From: an uncultured Solirubrobacterales bacterium
Lineage (GTDB): Bacteria > Actinomycetota > Thermoleophilia > Solirubrobacterales > Solirubrobacteraceae
NCBI GenBank assembly: GCA_963725525.1
Contig: CAVRYP010000009.1
Coordinates: 417,111 to 481,110, forward strand
DNA length: 64,000 nt
Reading direction: 5' to 3'
Part shown: in pieces, positions 26,396-36,282 of the stretch
Numbering within the stretch: the first letter of the stretch is position 1
How the letters are laid out: every line of letters begins with the position of its first letter
Made by a program: the position numbers and the translations under genes
The notes under the pieces: model-generated
Databases searched by the model: none
Seen by the model: the letters and a program-made list of their open reading frames with translations, nothing else
What the model was told of the DNA's origin: nothing

Positions 26396-28303
26396 TCAGC
26401 CGGCCGGCGGGGCGGCGGGCGGGGGCGTGCACGGCAACGGTGTTCGAGGTGCCGAGCAGCTCGCCCGCTCGCGTCGAGCGCCTGCACCGATACGTAGGCG
26501 TAGCTTCTCGGGCAGCGTCACCGAGCTCTCGAAGCCGCTGTCGGGCATCGTCTCCACGGGCTTCAGCGAATCCGCGCCTTCGCCCCGCGAGCACTCGCCA
26601 CGAGGCCACGTCGGTCGCGCCGTTCCAGCTGGCGAACACCGCCGTGGAGTCGCCCGTCGAGAGCACCCGCGCACTCACCGCGGGGGGCGTCAGCGGGTGC
26701 CCGCTCCAGGGGAAGCGGAAGGCTCGGTAGGAGGACATGCCGGGCGGCAGGTGCGCATCGAACAGCAGCGAGCCGCTGCTTGTCGAACTCGCTGATCTCG
26801 GGCACCGCGCCCCAGCCGATCACCGAGTCTTCGTCGGGCAGCGTCTGGTTGTTGCCCTGCGAGTCGGCCAGCAGCGCCGCAGGGGTGCGTATAGACGCTT
26901 CACGAGGCTCGCGCGGCGGTGGGCGAGGTCGAGCGCCACGCGCACGCCCGCGCGACTGGTAGTGGATGCGGGGGTTCGAGCCGTCGTCGAAGAACGTCAC
27001 GCTCCCGTCGGGGAGCATGCGCGCGTCGTGCTGCCAGGCCGTTTCGGTGCCCGCGACCCATCGCAAAGCTGCTCTGGGTCCCGCCCAGGCGCCAGAGGAT
27101 CATATCCGGTGCCCTGCTGCAGCTGGTAGGCCGCCCACGTGGAGCGCCCGGAGATCAGCAGGTTGCCGTCTCGGCTCGGGGTCGATCGAGTTGAGGTGGA
27201 ACCAGTCCCAGGGCACCGGCTTGTGCCTTGGCGGGCACCGTCGCGTGGGACTCGCTCACGCCGACGTGGTCGAGGCTGTGCCATTCCCAGCGCACGAGGC
27301 CGGTCTTGATGTCGAGCGCCTGCACGGCGGTGTCCACGATCGTGCCGTTGCGCGGACCGTCCACCGGCGTCAGGTCGCAGCGCATCGGGTTGTAGACGGT
27401 GATGTAGGCGACCTGATTGGGCGCCAGCTGGAAGTCGTGCAGGTCGGCCTGGAAGCCGTTGCCCCGCGCACGCGCGCGACGGTCTGGTAGTCGTCGTTCA
27501 TCACGATGTCTTCGCCCTCGCCGAAGCCGAGCGAGAGCACGCGCCCCTGCCACCAGGTGAGGTCGCGCTCGCCTTCGTAGCTCTGCATGCTGAGGTTCTC
27601 CGCGGCGCTGCCACCCGAGAGCGGCTGAAACCACACCAGCGCGCCCCTGCGGGGTGTAGATGAGCGGGCCGAACTGCCCCGGACCCGGCCCCACGGTGGT
27701 GAGCAGATCGCCCGATACGGGGTCGCGGTCGGGCCACGTGACGGCCATGATCGGCGGATGCACATTGGGCGCCGAGACGAAGCTCTGGTAGGAGGAGGGC
27801 GGCGCGGGCGGGTTGGGGAACTCGGGGATCGAGTCGGTGGGATAGGGCGTGGCGATGTGGAAGCTGAAGCTCACCTTCCTGCCCGCGCCCGCGCCCTGCA
27901 GCACGGCGTTCACCGCCACGCGCTCGCCTTCCTGGAAGGGTTCGTCGGGCACGAAGGAGCCGCCATCGCCCTGGAAGTAGCCATAGAGGTGGCCGTAGTG
28001 GTAGCCGCTCTGCGAGCCCACCACCGAGACATCCTGGATGTTGGTGACGGGCGTGCCCAGGAAGCTGATCTGGGTGTGGGGGTTGGCGGTGTCGGTCTCC
28101 GGCGCCGGCGAGACATCAACCGTGGTGCCGTCGAGCGCGGCGGAGTGATCGAGCGTGGCCGGCAGGCACACCGGAGAGGGCCCGCTGGGCCCCACCGCGG
28201 AGCGCGCGCCGGAGAAGGTGCCCGAACCGAGCACCACCGCAACGACCACCCACGCGAGGATCGCGAGGGGGACGATTATGAGGCCCAGCCGCAGGTGCTT
28301 CAC
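26396..28303 (-). CDS. Arylsulfate sulfotransferase (ASST-like) with N-terminal membrane anchor, frameshifted
   Basis: N-terminal TM; TWWQGRV, DLHDF, DIKTGLVRWEWHSLDH, WFHLNSID, WQHDAR, DSQGN, YRAFRFPWSG, ASWNGAT. Confidence 0.8.
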
Positions 28304-28312
28304 GTGGTGAAG

Positions 28313-29203
28313 CTACACCGCCACGGAGGCGCCGTGCAGCGGGCCGAGGTTTGGTTGGCGCCCATGCAACTCGAACGCCAGGAAGCGACTGAAGAGGCGG
28401 TGGTCGGGACCGTGGAAGTCGGCAGAGCCCGTGCTCAGCAGCCCCAGCTCCTCACAACGATCGGCCAGCAGCTGGGTCTGGGGCGCGTCGTGGGTGACAT
28501 AGAAGCACTCCACGCCATCCATCCCCGCCGCGCGGAAACGATCGATGCACGAGAGCACCTCCTCGGGGGAGTCGAGATCCCAGAAGGGATGCGCCCACAC
28601 CGCCACGCCGCCCGCATCGTGCACCCACTGGATCGCCTGCTCCACGGTCGGCTCGGTGCGCCCGGAGTACGCCGGAGCGCCGGGGATCAGGTAGGCGGGC
28701 AGAAACGAGGCCACATCGTCGTGACCTTCCTCGGCAAGACGCGTCGCGTTGGCCGGATGTGACAGCACCGCGGCAGATAAATGTGGGCGCCCCAGCGGCT
28801 TGCCCTCGCGCAGGCGCGCATCGAGCGGGGCCTGGTCGATCTCAAAGCCCAGCTCGATGAGCTTCCCCGCCATGCGCTCCGCGCGCCGCTCGCGATCTTC
28901 GCGCGCACCGGCGAGACGCTCGCGCAGCAGCGCATCGCGATGGTCGATGCCATAGCCGAGCACGTGCAGGTCTTCGTAGGCGCCATCCACCGAGGAGATC
29001 TCCGCGGCGGGGACCAGCTCGATGCCGTGGGCGCCGGCGGCGGCGAGCGCCTCCTCGATGCCATCAACGGTGTCGTGGTCGGTGAGCGCCAGCAGCTGCA
29101 CTCCGGCACGCGCGGCGTGCTCGATGACGCCGGCGACCGGCAGTTCACCGTCGGAGTGCAGCGAATGGCACTGCAGGTCGAATACCGGCCAGGGCGCAGA
29201 CAT
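28313..29203 (-). CDS. PHP-domain phosphoesterase (TrpH/YciV/RNase AM-like)
   Basis: DLQCHSLHSDG, LTDHDT, GRPH, WAHP, GSADFHG. Confidence 0.85.
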   Translation of the reverse strand: MSAPWPVFDLQCHSLHSDGELPVAGVIEHAARAGVQLLALTDHDTVDGIEEALAAAGAHGIELVPAAEISSVDGAYEDLHVLGYGIDHRDALLRERLAGAREDRERRAERMAGKLIELGFEIDQAPLDARLREGKPLGRPHLSAAVLSHPANATRLAEEGHDDVASFLPAYLIPGAPAYSGRTEPTVEQAIQWVHDAGGVAVWAHPFWDLDSPEEVLSCIDRFRAAGMDGVECFYVTHDAPQTQLLADRCEELGLLSTGSADFHGPDHRLFSRFLAFELHGRQPNLGPLHGASVAV

Positions 29204-29361
29204 GCGGATGAGGCGATCTTATAGGTCCGCCCCAGTGATGCCCCTCCGTCGTGCGAGGGCTCGCTAGGCTCGCCCTCGATCTGCGTAGGAGGTGTGTATG
29301 AGCCGCGCGACCCTCGCTCCTTAAAAATTTCTTCTTCCGCCCGGCGTGTGCGAGCCTTTGC

Positions 29362-30783
29362 TCAAGATGCGGGCGCCGGGGTCGCAAGCTCGAGCGGCGC
29401 GCCGAAGCTCACGCGCAGCAGCGCTCCGCCACCGGGAGCGTTCTCCGCGCGCGCGTAGCCACCGCCCCCTTCCGCGGCCTGGCGCACGATCGCGAGCCCA
29501 AGCCCCGATCCCGGCAGCGAGCGCGCGCCCTGCGCGCGGTAGAAACGATCGAACACAAACGCCACATCCTCGGGGCGAAAGCCCGGCCCGTGGTCGCGCA
29601 CCGTGAGCTCGCCACCCCGCAGCCCCACCTCCACGAGCCCCCCCGCGGGACTCCACTTGCAGGCGTTGTCGAGCAAATTCGACACCGCGCGGCCAATCGC
29701 GCCCGCGTGCCCGCTGAGCAGCGTGGGCTCCAAGCTCACATCCCAGCGCACATCGCTGCGCCGCCGCGCGCGCTCGAGGGCCTCCTGCACGACCTCATCG
29801 AGGCGCACTTCGTCGGGCGCCTCGCGCTGGGGCGAGCTGCCGCGTGCCAGCTCCACCACATCGCCCACCAGCGCCGTCAGCTCATCGAGCTCGGAGACGA
29901 TGTCCCTGCGCAGACTCTCCTGCTCGGACGCCGGCAGCCGCGCCGCTTCACCGAGCACCTCGATGTTCACGCGCAGGCTCGCAATCGGCGTGCGCAGCTC
30001 GTGGCTCGCATCGGCGATCAGGTGGCGCTGGGCCTCCACCGAGCGCTCGAGCGCGTCGAGCGTCGTGTTGAAGCTCTCCGCAAGGCGCGCGATCTCATCG
30101 CGGCCCTTCACCTCCAGGCGCTCGGACAGATCGAGGCTGCCCGTGAGCGTCTCCGTGCGCCGCGTGAAGCGCGCAATCGGCGCCAGCGCCGTACGCGCCA
30201 CCAGCGCTCCAAACAGCGCCGCCAGCGCGATCCCCGCGAGGCCGATCGCCACGAGCAGCAGCAGCAGATTGCTCAGCTCGTGTTCCACCTCGCTCAGCGG
30301 GCGCGCGATCATCACAGCGCCGCGTTCGCCCGTGCCGAGGGTCAGCACGCGCAGGTGCGTTCCGCGCACCATGCGATCGCTCAGCACGCTGCCGCTGCCC
30401 CGCCGCGCGATCCCCTCATCGAGCGCGGAGGGCGCGATCCGCGAGTTCGCGCTCTGGCCCCCGGGCACCTGCACTGCACCACTCGGCGTGAGGAACTGCA
30501 CGAAGCCCTCCGCCCCGCCAAACGGCGCCGGCGCCACCGTGCGCGGAAACGCGCCCCCATCGCCGTCCGGAGGCGGCGGCGGGCGGCCGTCGAGCGGCGC
30601 CCCCGGCGGCGGCCCTCCTCTTCCGCGCGGCCCCGCGAACGTCTGCGCCCGGTCGCGCAGCGAGCGATCGATTTCCCCGCGCAGATCCGAGCGCACCGCG
30701 AAGTACAGCCCCAGCGCGACCCCCAGCACCGCGAGCGCCACCGACACGCTCGCGAGCGCCGCGATGCGCACGCGCAACGTCAT
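29362..30783 (-). CDS. HAMP sensor histidine kinase (MprB-like)
   Basis: Two TMs, HAMP, DASHELRTP, NLLDNA, DHGPG, GSGLGLAIV. Confidence 0.92.
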   Translation of the reverse strand: MTLRVRIAALASVSVALAVLGVALGLYFAVRSDLRGEIDRSLRDRAQTFAGPRGRGGPPPGAPLDGRPPPPPDGDGGAFPRTVAPAPFGGAEGFVQFLTPSGAVQVPGGQSANSRIAPSALDEGIARRGSGSVLSDRMVRGTHLRVLTLGTGERGAVMIARPLSEVEHELSNLLLLLVAIGLAGIALAALFGALVARTALAPIARFTRRTETLTGSLDLSERLEVKGRDEIARLAESFNTTLDALERSVEAQRHLIADASHELRTPIASLRVNIEVLGEAARLPASEQESLRRDIVSELDELTALVGDVVELARGSSPQREAPDEVRLDEVVQEALERARRRSDVRWDVSLEPTLLSGHAGAIGRAVSNLLDNACKWSPAGGLVEVGLRGGELTVRDHGPGFRPEDVAFVFDRFYRAQGARSLPGSGLGLAIVRQAAEGGGGYARAENAPGGGALLRVSFGAPLELATPAPAS

Positions 30784-31487
30784 GGCTCACGCAGGACGTA
30801 CCCCACCCCGCGCACGGTGTGGATGATCTCCTCCGCCCCCGCCTCTTCGAGCTTGCGCCGCAGGTAGCCGATGTACACGCGCAGCGCGTTGGAGGTCGGC
30901 CCGAAGTCATATCCCCACACGCGCTCGTAGATCGCGCTGTGCGAAAGCACCCTGCGCGGATTGTCCAGCAGCAGCTCCAGCAGCTGATACTCGGTGCGCG
31001 TCAACTCCACCAACCGCTCTCCCACGAGCGCCCCATGGCGCGTCGGATCGAGGCTCACGCCGCCAAAGGAGAGCTTCTCCTCCTCCACGGGTCCCTCCCC
31101 ACGCGCCTCCCCCGCGGGAGCCGAGCGGCGCAACAGCGCCCGCAGGCGAGCCTTCAGCTCACCCACATCGAAGGGCTTCACCATGTAATCGTCAGCTCCC
31201 ATATCGAGCCCATCGATGCGATCAGCCACCGCGTCGCGCGCCGTGAGGATCAGGATCGGCACCCGGTTCTCGAGCTGCCGCAGGCGCCTGCACACCTCCA
31301 GCCCATCGACTCCCGGCATCCCCACATCCAGCACCACCGCATCCGGGACCTCCTGCGCGACCATATCCAGGCACTGCGTTCCATCCTCGGCAATCTGCAC
31401 CTCGTACCCGCCCAGCGTCAACGCGCGGCGCAGGGCCTCGCGCACCGCGCGGTCGTCATCCACTACAAGGATCCTCACAGACCTCAT
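30780..31487 (-). CDS. OmpR-family response regulator (MprA-like); start 31487 or 31478
   Basis: ILVVDDD, LDVGMPGVDG, GADDYMVKPF, VWGYDFGPTSNALRVYIGYLRRKLE; ATGA overlap with kinase. Confidence 0.92.
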   Translation of the reverse strand: MRSVRILVVDDDRAVREALRRALTLGGYEVQIAEDGTQCLDMVAQEVPDAVVLDVGMPGVDGLEVCRRLRQLENRVPILILTARDAVADRIDGLDMGADDYMVKPFDVGELKARLRALLRRSAPAGEARGEGPVEEEKLSFGGVSLDPTRHGALVGERLVELTRTEYQLLELLLDNPRRVLSHSAIYERVWGYDFGPTSNALRVYIGYLRRKLEEAGAEEIIHTVRGVGYVLREP

Positions 31488-31499
31488 ATTGTCGTATGC

Positions 31500-32558
31500 G
31501 TGAGACTGCGACGACGACTCACCCGCTTGCTGCCGGCGCTCCTCACAGCGTTCGCGATCTTCGCCGGGACCGCCGAGGGCAGCGTCTCCCCCGCCGAGCG
31601 CTCGCTGCTGAGTGGCGTGCAGGTGGGGCAGGCGAGCCTCTTTCGCCAGTTCGACACGGGCTTTGGGGAGGCATTTGGCAACCCTCCTGGAGCGGTGCGG
31701 TTCCGCACGGGGGAGCGATCGTTCGTTGCTGCCCTGCAGCGCGCGGGGACGCGCCTGCTGGAGCAGGGCAGCGCTGCGGCGCTCTCCCGAGAAGCCATCC
31801 GCGCCGAACGTGCCTGGCAGACGCACAGCCGGGGTCTATCCATGGGAGGCCGCACGGGCGTGTTCATCCATACCCTCGCCGCAGCCGAGATCGCGTTCTG
31901 GAAGGGCATCGCCGGCGCGGTGCACGCCCATGAGACATCCTCTGCTGCACCCTCCTTTCAGACAGCTGTGAACAGCGCCGGATCGGCCTTCGCGGGGCGC
32001 TTCCAGCGTGCGGTGTGGGCATTACTCAAGGGAGCCCACTCCAGCCGCGGCAGGCAGGCGGCGCTGCTCAGATTGGTCGGCCTGGGGGTGCGGCGCTTCA
32101 GCTCGAGCGTGAGTGCGGGGGCGAAGGGGTTCGGCACGGGTGAGAGCGCCCCCAACAACCCGGGCCCATCTCCATCGCCCGAACCGCCGAGCACAACCCC
32201 TGTCCCGGGCACTCCCGCGCCCCAGGCGACCCACCTCGCCCTGCACTGCCCCGCAAGCGAGCACGTCAACGAAGCTCTGAGGGTCTCCGGAACGCTTACG
32301 CCGGCGCCCGCGGGAGCGAGCATCGAACTCCTCTACTACCCCCCACCCTATGCGGGAGTCGAATCGGCCCCGATCCTCAAACAGCTCGCCGTCCCCGCCG
32401 GCGGCGAATTCAGCGATGCAAGCGTGACTCCGGAAGCCGAAGGGGGCGGCGCGAAGGGCTCGCTCGCGGGCACCTGGATCGTCGAAGCCCGCTATGGCGG
32501 CAGCGCGCTCTACAGCCCCCCGCTGCCGAACCAGTGCGACATTCAGGTCGAAGCCTGA
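31500..32558 (+). CDS. Secreted hypothetical protein (helical region, Pro-rich linker, Ig-like C-terminus)
   Basis: Signal peptide VRLRRRLTRLLPALLTAFAIFAGTAEG; PSPSPEPP linker; VSGTLTP...GTWIVEARYGG. Confidence 0.65.
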   Translation: MRLRRRLTRLLPALLTAFAIFAGTAEGSVSPAERSLLSGVQVGQASLFRQFDTGFGEAFGNPPGAVRFRTGERSFVAALQRAGTRLLEQGSAAALSREAIRAERAWQTHSRGLSMGGRTGVFIHTLAAAEIAFWKGIAGAVHAHETSSAAPSFQTAVNSAGSAFAGRFQRAVWALLKGAHSSRGRQAALLRLVGLGVRRFSSSVSAGAKGFGTGESAPNNPGPSPSPEPPSTTPVPGTPAPQATHLALHCPASEHVNEALRVSGTLTPAPAGASIELLYYPPPYAGVESAPILKQLAVPAGGEFSDASVTPEAEGGGAKGSLAGTWIVEARYGGSALYSPPLPNQCDIQVEA

Positions 32559-32701
32559 AGAGCACACATTCCGCGGATGTCCAGTGCGCGCGGGGCGAAC
32601 TTCCAACCGTCGTCCATACACCCGAAGAGCGCGCTCGCCGAAACTGCTGAATGTCTACTCCTGTGTTCTCCAGCAGAGCGGCCCAAGTGAGGTGAGAAGC
32701 C

Positions 32702-33493
32702 ATGCGACCCCGAACACGCCAGATCCTCGCCCTTGGAGGCGGAGGCTTCTCGATGGAGCGGGACGGTTCGCTGCTCGATGACTACGTACTGTCCCTGGCC
32801 CCGGCCAAACGACCGCGCGTCTGCTTCCTTCCCACGGCCTCCGGCGATGCGGATCACTACGTCGTGCGCTTCTACCGCCGCTTCTCCTCCGAATGCGAGG
32901 CCAGCCATGTGTCGCTGTTCCGCCGCGACCAGGGCACGGGCGGCGTCGAGGAGGACATCGCCGCTCATCTGCTGGCGCAGGACGTGATCTACGTCGGCGG
33001 CGGCAATGTAGTGAGCATGCTCGGCGTGTGGCGCGCGCACGGCCTCGACGATGTCCTGCAGCAGGCCTGGCGCGAGGGCGTCATCCTGTGCGGCCCCTCC
33101 GCGGGGTCGCTGTGCTGGTTCAGCGAGGCCCTCTCGGCGTTCCACGGAGCGCCGCGCCGGGTGTGCGGGCTGGGGCTCCTGCCCTACTCCAACTGCGTGC
33201 ACTATGACGCCGAGCCCGAGCGCCGCGCCGAGTACCACCGCTTCGTCGGCGATGGGATGCGCGCGGGCTTCGCCGCCGACGACGGCGCCGCGCTGCACTT
33301 CCGCGGACGCCAGCTCGAGCGGGTCGTCTCCTCGCGTCCCAATGCCCGCGCCTACCGCGTGGAGCCGATGCGCGACGGCGTGCTGGAGGCCCCTTTGGAG
33401 AGCGTCTACCTGGGCGCGTGCGCCAGCGTCCCCGAGTCCCTCGCCCGTGCATCCGCGTCCCGCGCCTCGGTCTCGGCGCCAGCCGCCGCGTGA
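32702..33493 (+). CDS. Peptidase E / S51 family protein, copy 1
   Basis: ALGGGGFS, FLPTASGD, YVGGGN, GPSAG, CVHYDAE. Confidence 0.85.
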   Translation: MRPRTRQILALGGGGFSMERDGSLLDDYVLSLAPAKRPRVCFLPTASGDADHYVVRFYRRFSSECEASHVSLFRRDQGTGGVEEDIAAHLLAQDVIYVGGGNVVSMLGVWRAHGLDDVLQQAWREGVILCGPSAGSLCWFSEALSAFHGAPRRVCGLGLLPYSNCVHYDAEPERRAEYHRFVGDGMRAGFAADDGAALHFRGRQLERVVSSRPNARAYRVEPMRDGVLEAPLESVYLGACASVPESLARASASRASVSAPAAA

Positions 33494-34306
33494 ATCGCTT
33501 GATCTTCGCAATGGGGGGCGGGGGCTTCACGATGGAGCCCTCCAACCCGCTGCTCGACGACTTCGTGCTCGAACTCGCGCGCGAGCGTGCGCGCGAGCCG
33601 CGCATCCTCTTCCTCCCCACCGCCTCCGGCGACACCAACGCGCAGATCAACGCCTTCCAGGCGCGCTTCGCGGGCCGCGCCTGCATCCCCGAACACCTTT
33701 CGCTGTTTCGCCTGCGCGACGCCGAGCGCGCGCTGGGAGAGACGATTCTCGCCCAGGATGTGATCTACGTGGGAGGCGGCTCGATGCGCAACCTCCTCGC
33801 GATCTGGCGCGCCCACGAGCTCGATCGGCTGCTGATCGAAGCTTGGCGCGGAGGCACGCTCCTCGCGGGGCTCTCAGGCCGGAGCGATGTGCTGGTTTCA
33901 GGGCGGCGTAACGCGCTCCAGCGGTCCACCCGAGCCGATGGCCGGCCTCGGGCTGCTGAGCGGCTCGCTCACCGTTCACGCCGACGGCGAGCCCGAGCGC
34001 CTGCCGGTATGGCTGGCAGCGGTGCGCGCGGGGATCCTTCCGGGCGGCTGGGCGCTCGACGACGGCGTGGGGCTGCTGTTCTGCGGCGAACGCCTCGAGC
34101 GCGTCGTCAGCTCACGCCCCGGCGCGGGCGCCGAGCGCGTCGATGCAATCGCCGGCGAGCTCGTGCGCCACCGGCTCGCGCCAGAGCTTCTTGGCGCCGG
34201 CGAGGAGGCGGCCGTGGCGCCCTCCTACGAGGACATCGAGGAGCTCCGCCAGGTGCAACGACTGCGCCGCGGCACCGGCTCCGGAGGTCCGCTCAGAGAT
34301 CCGTGA
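33490..34306 (+). CDS. Peptidase E / S51 family protein, copy 2; frameshift near 33878
   Basis: GTGA overlap; AMGGGGFT, FLPTASGD, YVGGGS, GLS(AG)AMCWF, TVHADGE. Confidence 0.8.
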
Positions 34307-34338
34307 GGCCCCCCGGCCCTCCAGATCCGCGAGATCCC

Positions 34339-34599
34339 TCAAAGTTCGGTGAGGCTTCCCGGAACCCGCGCGAGCGTCTCCTCGAGCGTCAGCTCCGGCG
34401 CTCCGCGTTCGCGCCGGTAGCGGTTCTGAGCGTCCAGCATCTGGGCGATATCGCTTCGCTCGAGCCTCGCTTCGGTCTCCGAGGAGCGCGTGGGCGTCCA
34501 ATCGAGCAGCTCCTCATCGCCACCCTGATAGAAGTGCGCTCCAAAGATCGCCAACGCGATCAGCAGGAGCGGCATTCCGAGGACGACCAGATAGAACAT
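34339..34599 (-). CDS. Small single-pass membrane protein
   Basis: GAGGAGGG RBS; MFYLVVLGMPLLLIALAIFG then charged tail. Confidence 0.6.
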   Translation of the reverse strand: MFYLVVLGMPLLLIALAIFGAHFYQGGDEELLDWTPTRSSETEARLERSDIAQMLDAQNRYRRERGAPELTLEETLARVPGSLTEL

Positions 34600-34609
34600 G
34601 CCCTCCTCC

Positions 34610-35347
34610 TCACGCTCCAGCGGGCGCAGGCCGCGTCTTGGGGCGCGCTCGCGGCGCGCGCTTGGCCGCTCCAGCGGAAATGGCCTTTGAGGGCTGGGTC
34701 TTTGGGGACTCGGCCTTCGGGGACTCGCCCTCCGCTGTCTCCTGTCCAAGCTTCTCCACAGCCGCGTGCAGCGCGGCGAGCTGCGCCACGAGCTGCGCCT
34801 TGATCTGCTCGAGTTCGGCGACCTCCAGCAGGCGCGGACTCGCCTTCGAGGTTGGCCTCGCGGGTTTGCGCGCGAGAGCCGGATGCCTGGAGGCCAGCTC
34901 GCCGAGCGTCAGCTCCAGCGCGGCGATCTGGGTGTGCAGCTGGCGGCGGCGGCTCGCCTCGTCGCTCGCTCGCGCAGCAGAGGACTGCGGTTCGACATAC
35001 AGCGCCGCAGCGACATCGCGCGGATCCACCCCCGTGTCGTGAGCTTCCTGCGCGGCGAGCGCCGCGATCGAACCCACCGCCGAGGAGATGGGCGGCAGGT
35101 CGGCCACGAACGTTCCCGAGCCCTGCTGGCTGTCGATGATCCCCTCCTGCTCCAGGCGCTGGTAGACCGCGCGAACGGTATTCGCGTTGATCCCCAGCGC
35201 CACCGCCAAATCGCGCAGCGCGGGCAGGCGCTGGCCCGCCGCGAAGCGACCATCGCGGATGCGCGTCCGCAACGCCCACGCCAGCTGCACCCCGATCGGC
35301 ACCTCCGCGTCGCGATCGAGCACGAGGTCATTCAGGCCATCGCTCAC
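34610..35347 (-). CDS. GntR-family (YtrA-like) transcriptional regulator
   Basis: PIGVQL, GQRLPALRDLAVALGINANTVRAVYQRLEQEG, GSGTFV. Confidence 0.88.
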   Translation of the reverse strand: MSDGLNDLVLDRDAEVPIGVQLAWALRTRIRDGRFAAGQRLPALRDLAVALGINANTVRAVYQRLEQEGIIDSQQGSGTFVADLPPISSAVGSIAALAAQEAHDTGVDPRDVAAALYVEPQSSAARASDEASRRRQLHTQIAALELTLGELASRHPALARKPARPTSKASPRLLEVAELEQIKAQLVAQLAALHAAVEKLGQETAEGESPKAESPKTQPSKAISAGAAKRAPRARPKTRPAPAGA

Positions 35348-35382
35348 ACCATCAGATTAGCTCGATTCCCGGCAAATGGCTA

Positions 35383-35404
35383 GTGTGCTAGTGAACTAGT
35401 AGAC
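35383..35404. promoter_or_regulatory. Palindromic operator upstream of GntR gene
   Basis: GTGTGCTAGT-GA-ACTAGTAGAC, 8 of 10 arm positions pair. Confidence 0.55.
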
Positions 35405-35451
35405 TGTGAACGATGAACGAGGCTCGCCGGTGCCGCATGGGGAAGGCAGAG

Positions 35452-36282
35452 TCAGTCGATCAGCCGCCGCCCGAGTTGACGGATCGCCAGGCGCCACATC
35501 AGCAGGGCGAACGCGAGGAGCACCGCCACGTGGCCCAGATCGGCCGGCCCGAGCACCTCGAAGACCGCATCGCGTACGAGCTGCACACAGTGGTAGAGCG
35601 GGTTGAACTCGGCGATCGTACGCAGGCCCGGTGGCAGCGTCGAGATTGGGAAGAAGGTGCCCGCCACGAGGAACATCGGCGTGAGGACCGCCGAGGTGAT
35701 GTAGTTGAAGTTGTCGATCGTCTTCGCGATCGCCGCCACGAGCACGCCGAAGCAGGCGAAGCCGAAGCCCGTGAGCAGGCCGATGAAGGGCACCAGCAGC
35801 ATGCCCCAGCTGGGCGAGAGCCCGAAGGGGATGCCCACGAGCAGCGGTGCCATGCCATACACGCCCGCGCGGATCGAGATCCACAGCACCTCCGCTGTGA
35901 TCAGCTCCTCGACGTCCAGCGGGGTCGCCAGCATCGCATCGTAGGTGCGCTGGAACTGCCAGCGCACGAAGGTGTTGAACATGCCGGGGAACGCGGAGGA
36001 GAAGAGCACCGCGGTGGCCACCACGCCGGTCGCCACATACTGCACGTAGTCGTAGTGCCCAACGCGCGAGACCAGCGAGCCGAAGCCGAGCCCGAAGGCG
36101 AGCAGATAGATCGTCGGCTGCATCACCGAGGAGAAGGTCGTGGAGCGCCAGTAGCGCCCGAAGATGACCACGTCGCGGCTCATCACCGCCACGAGCGCCG
36201 CCGGTTCCAGGCGGCGAACCGGACGCGCCGGCGGCGAGCCAGACGGACCCTGGAGGCCCACGCCCTGTTCGGCGGCGCTCAT
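35452..36282 (-). CDS. ABC-2 exporter permease (NodJ-like)
   Basis: Six TMs; QRTYDAMLATPL, PMFLVAGTFFP, FNPLYHCVQLVR. Confidence 0.88.
   Translation of the reverse strand: MSAAEQGVGLQGPSGSPPARPVRRLEPAALVAVMSRDVVIFGRYWRSTTFSSVMQPTIYLLAFGLGFGSLVSRVGHYDYVQYVATGVVATAVLFSSAFPGMFNTFVRWQFQRTYDAMLATPLDVEELITAEVLWISIRAGVYGMAPLLVGIPFGLSPSWGMLLVPFIGLLTGFGFACFGVLVAAIAKTIDNFNYITSAVLTPMFLVAGTFFPISTLPPGLRTIAEFNPLYHCVQLVRDAVFEVLGPADLGHVAVLLAFALLMWRLAIRQLGRRLID

Noticed and set aside
29287-29324. AGGAGG followed by ATG giving MSRATLAP*
   Set aside because: Only 8 codons, opposite to the flanking genes, no other support
32560-32700. Riboswitch upstream of the peptidase E pair
   Set aside because: Only a short CTGCTG/CAGCAG stem; no recognisable aptamer consensus
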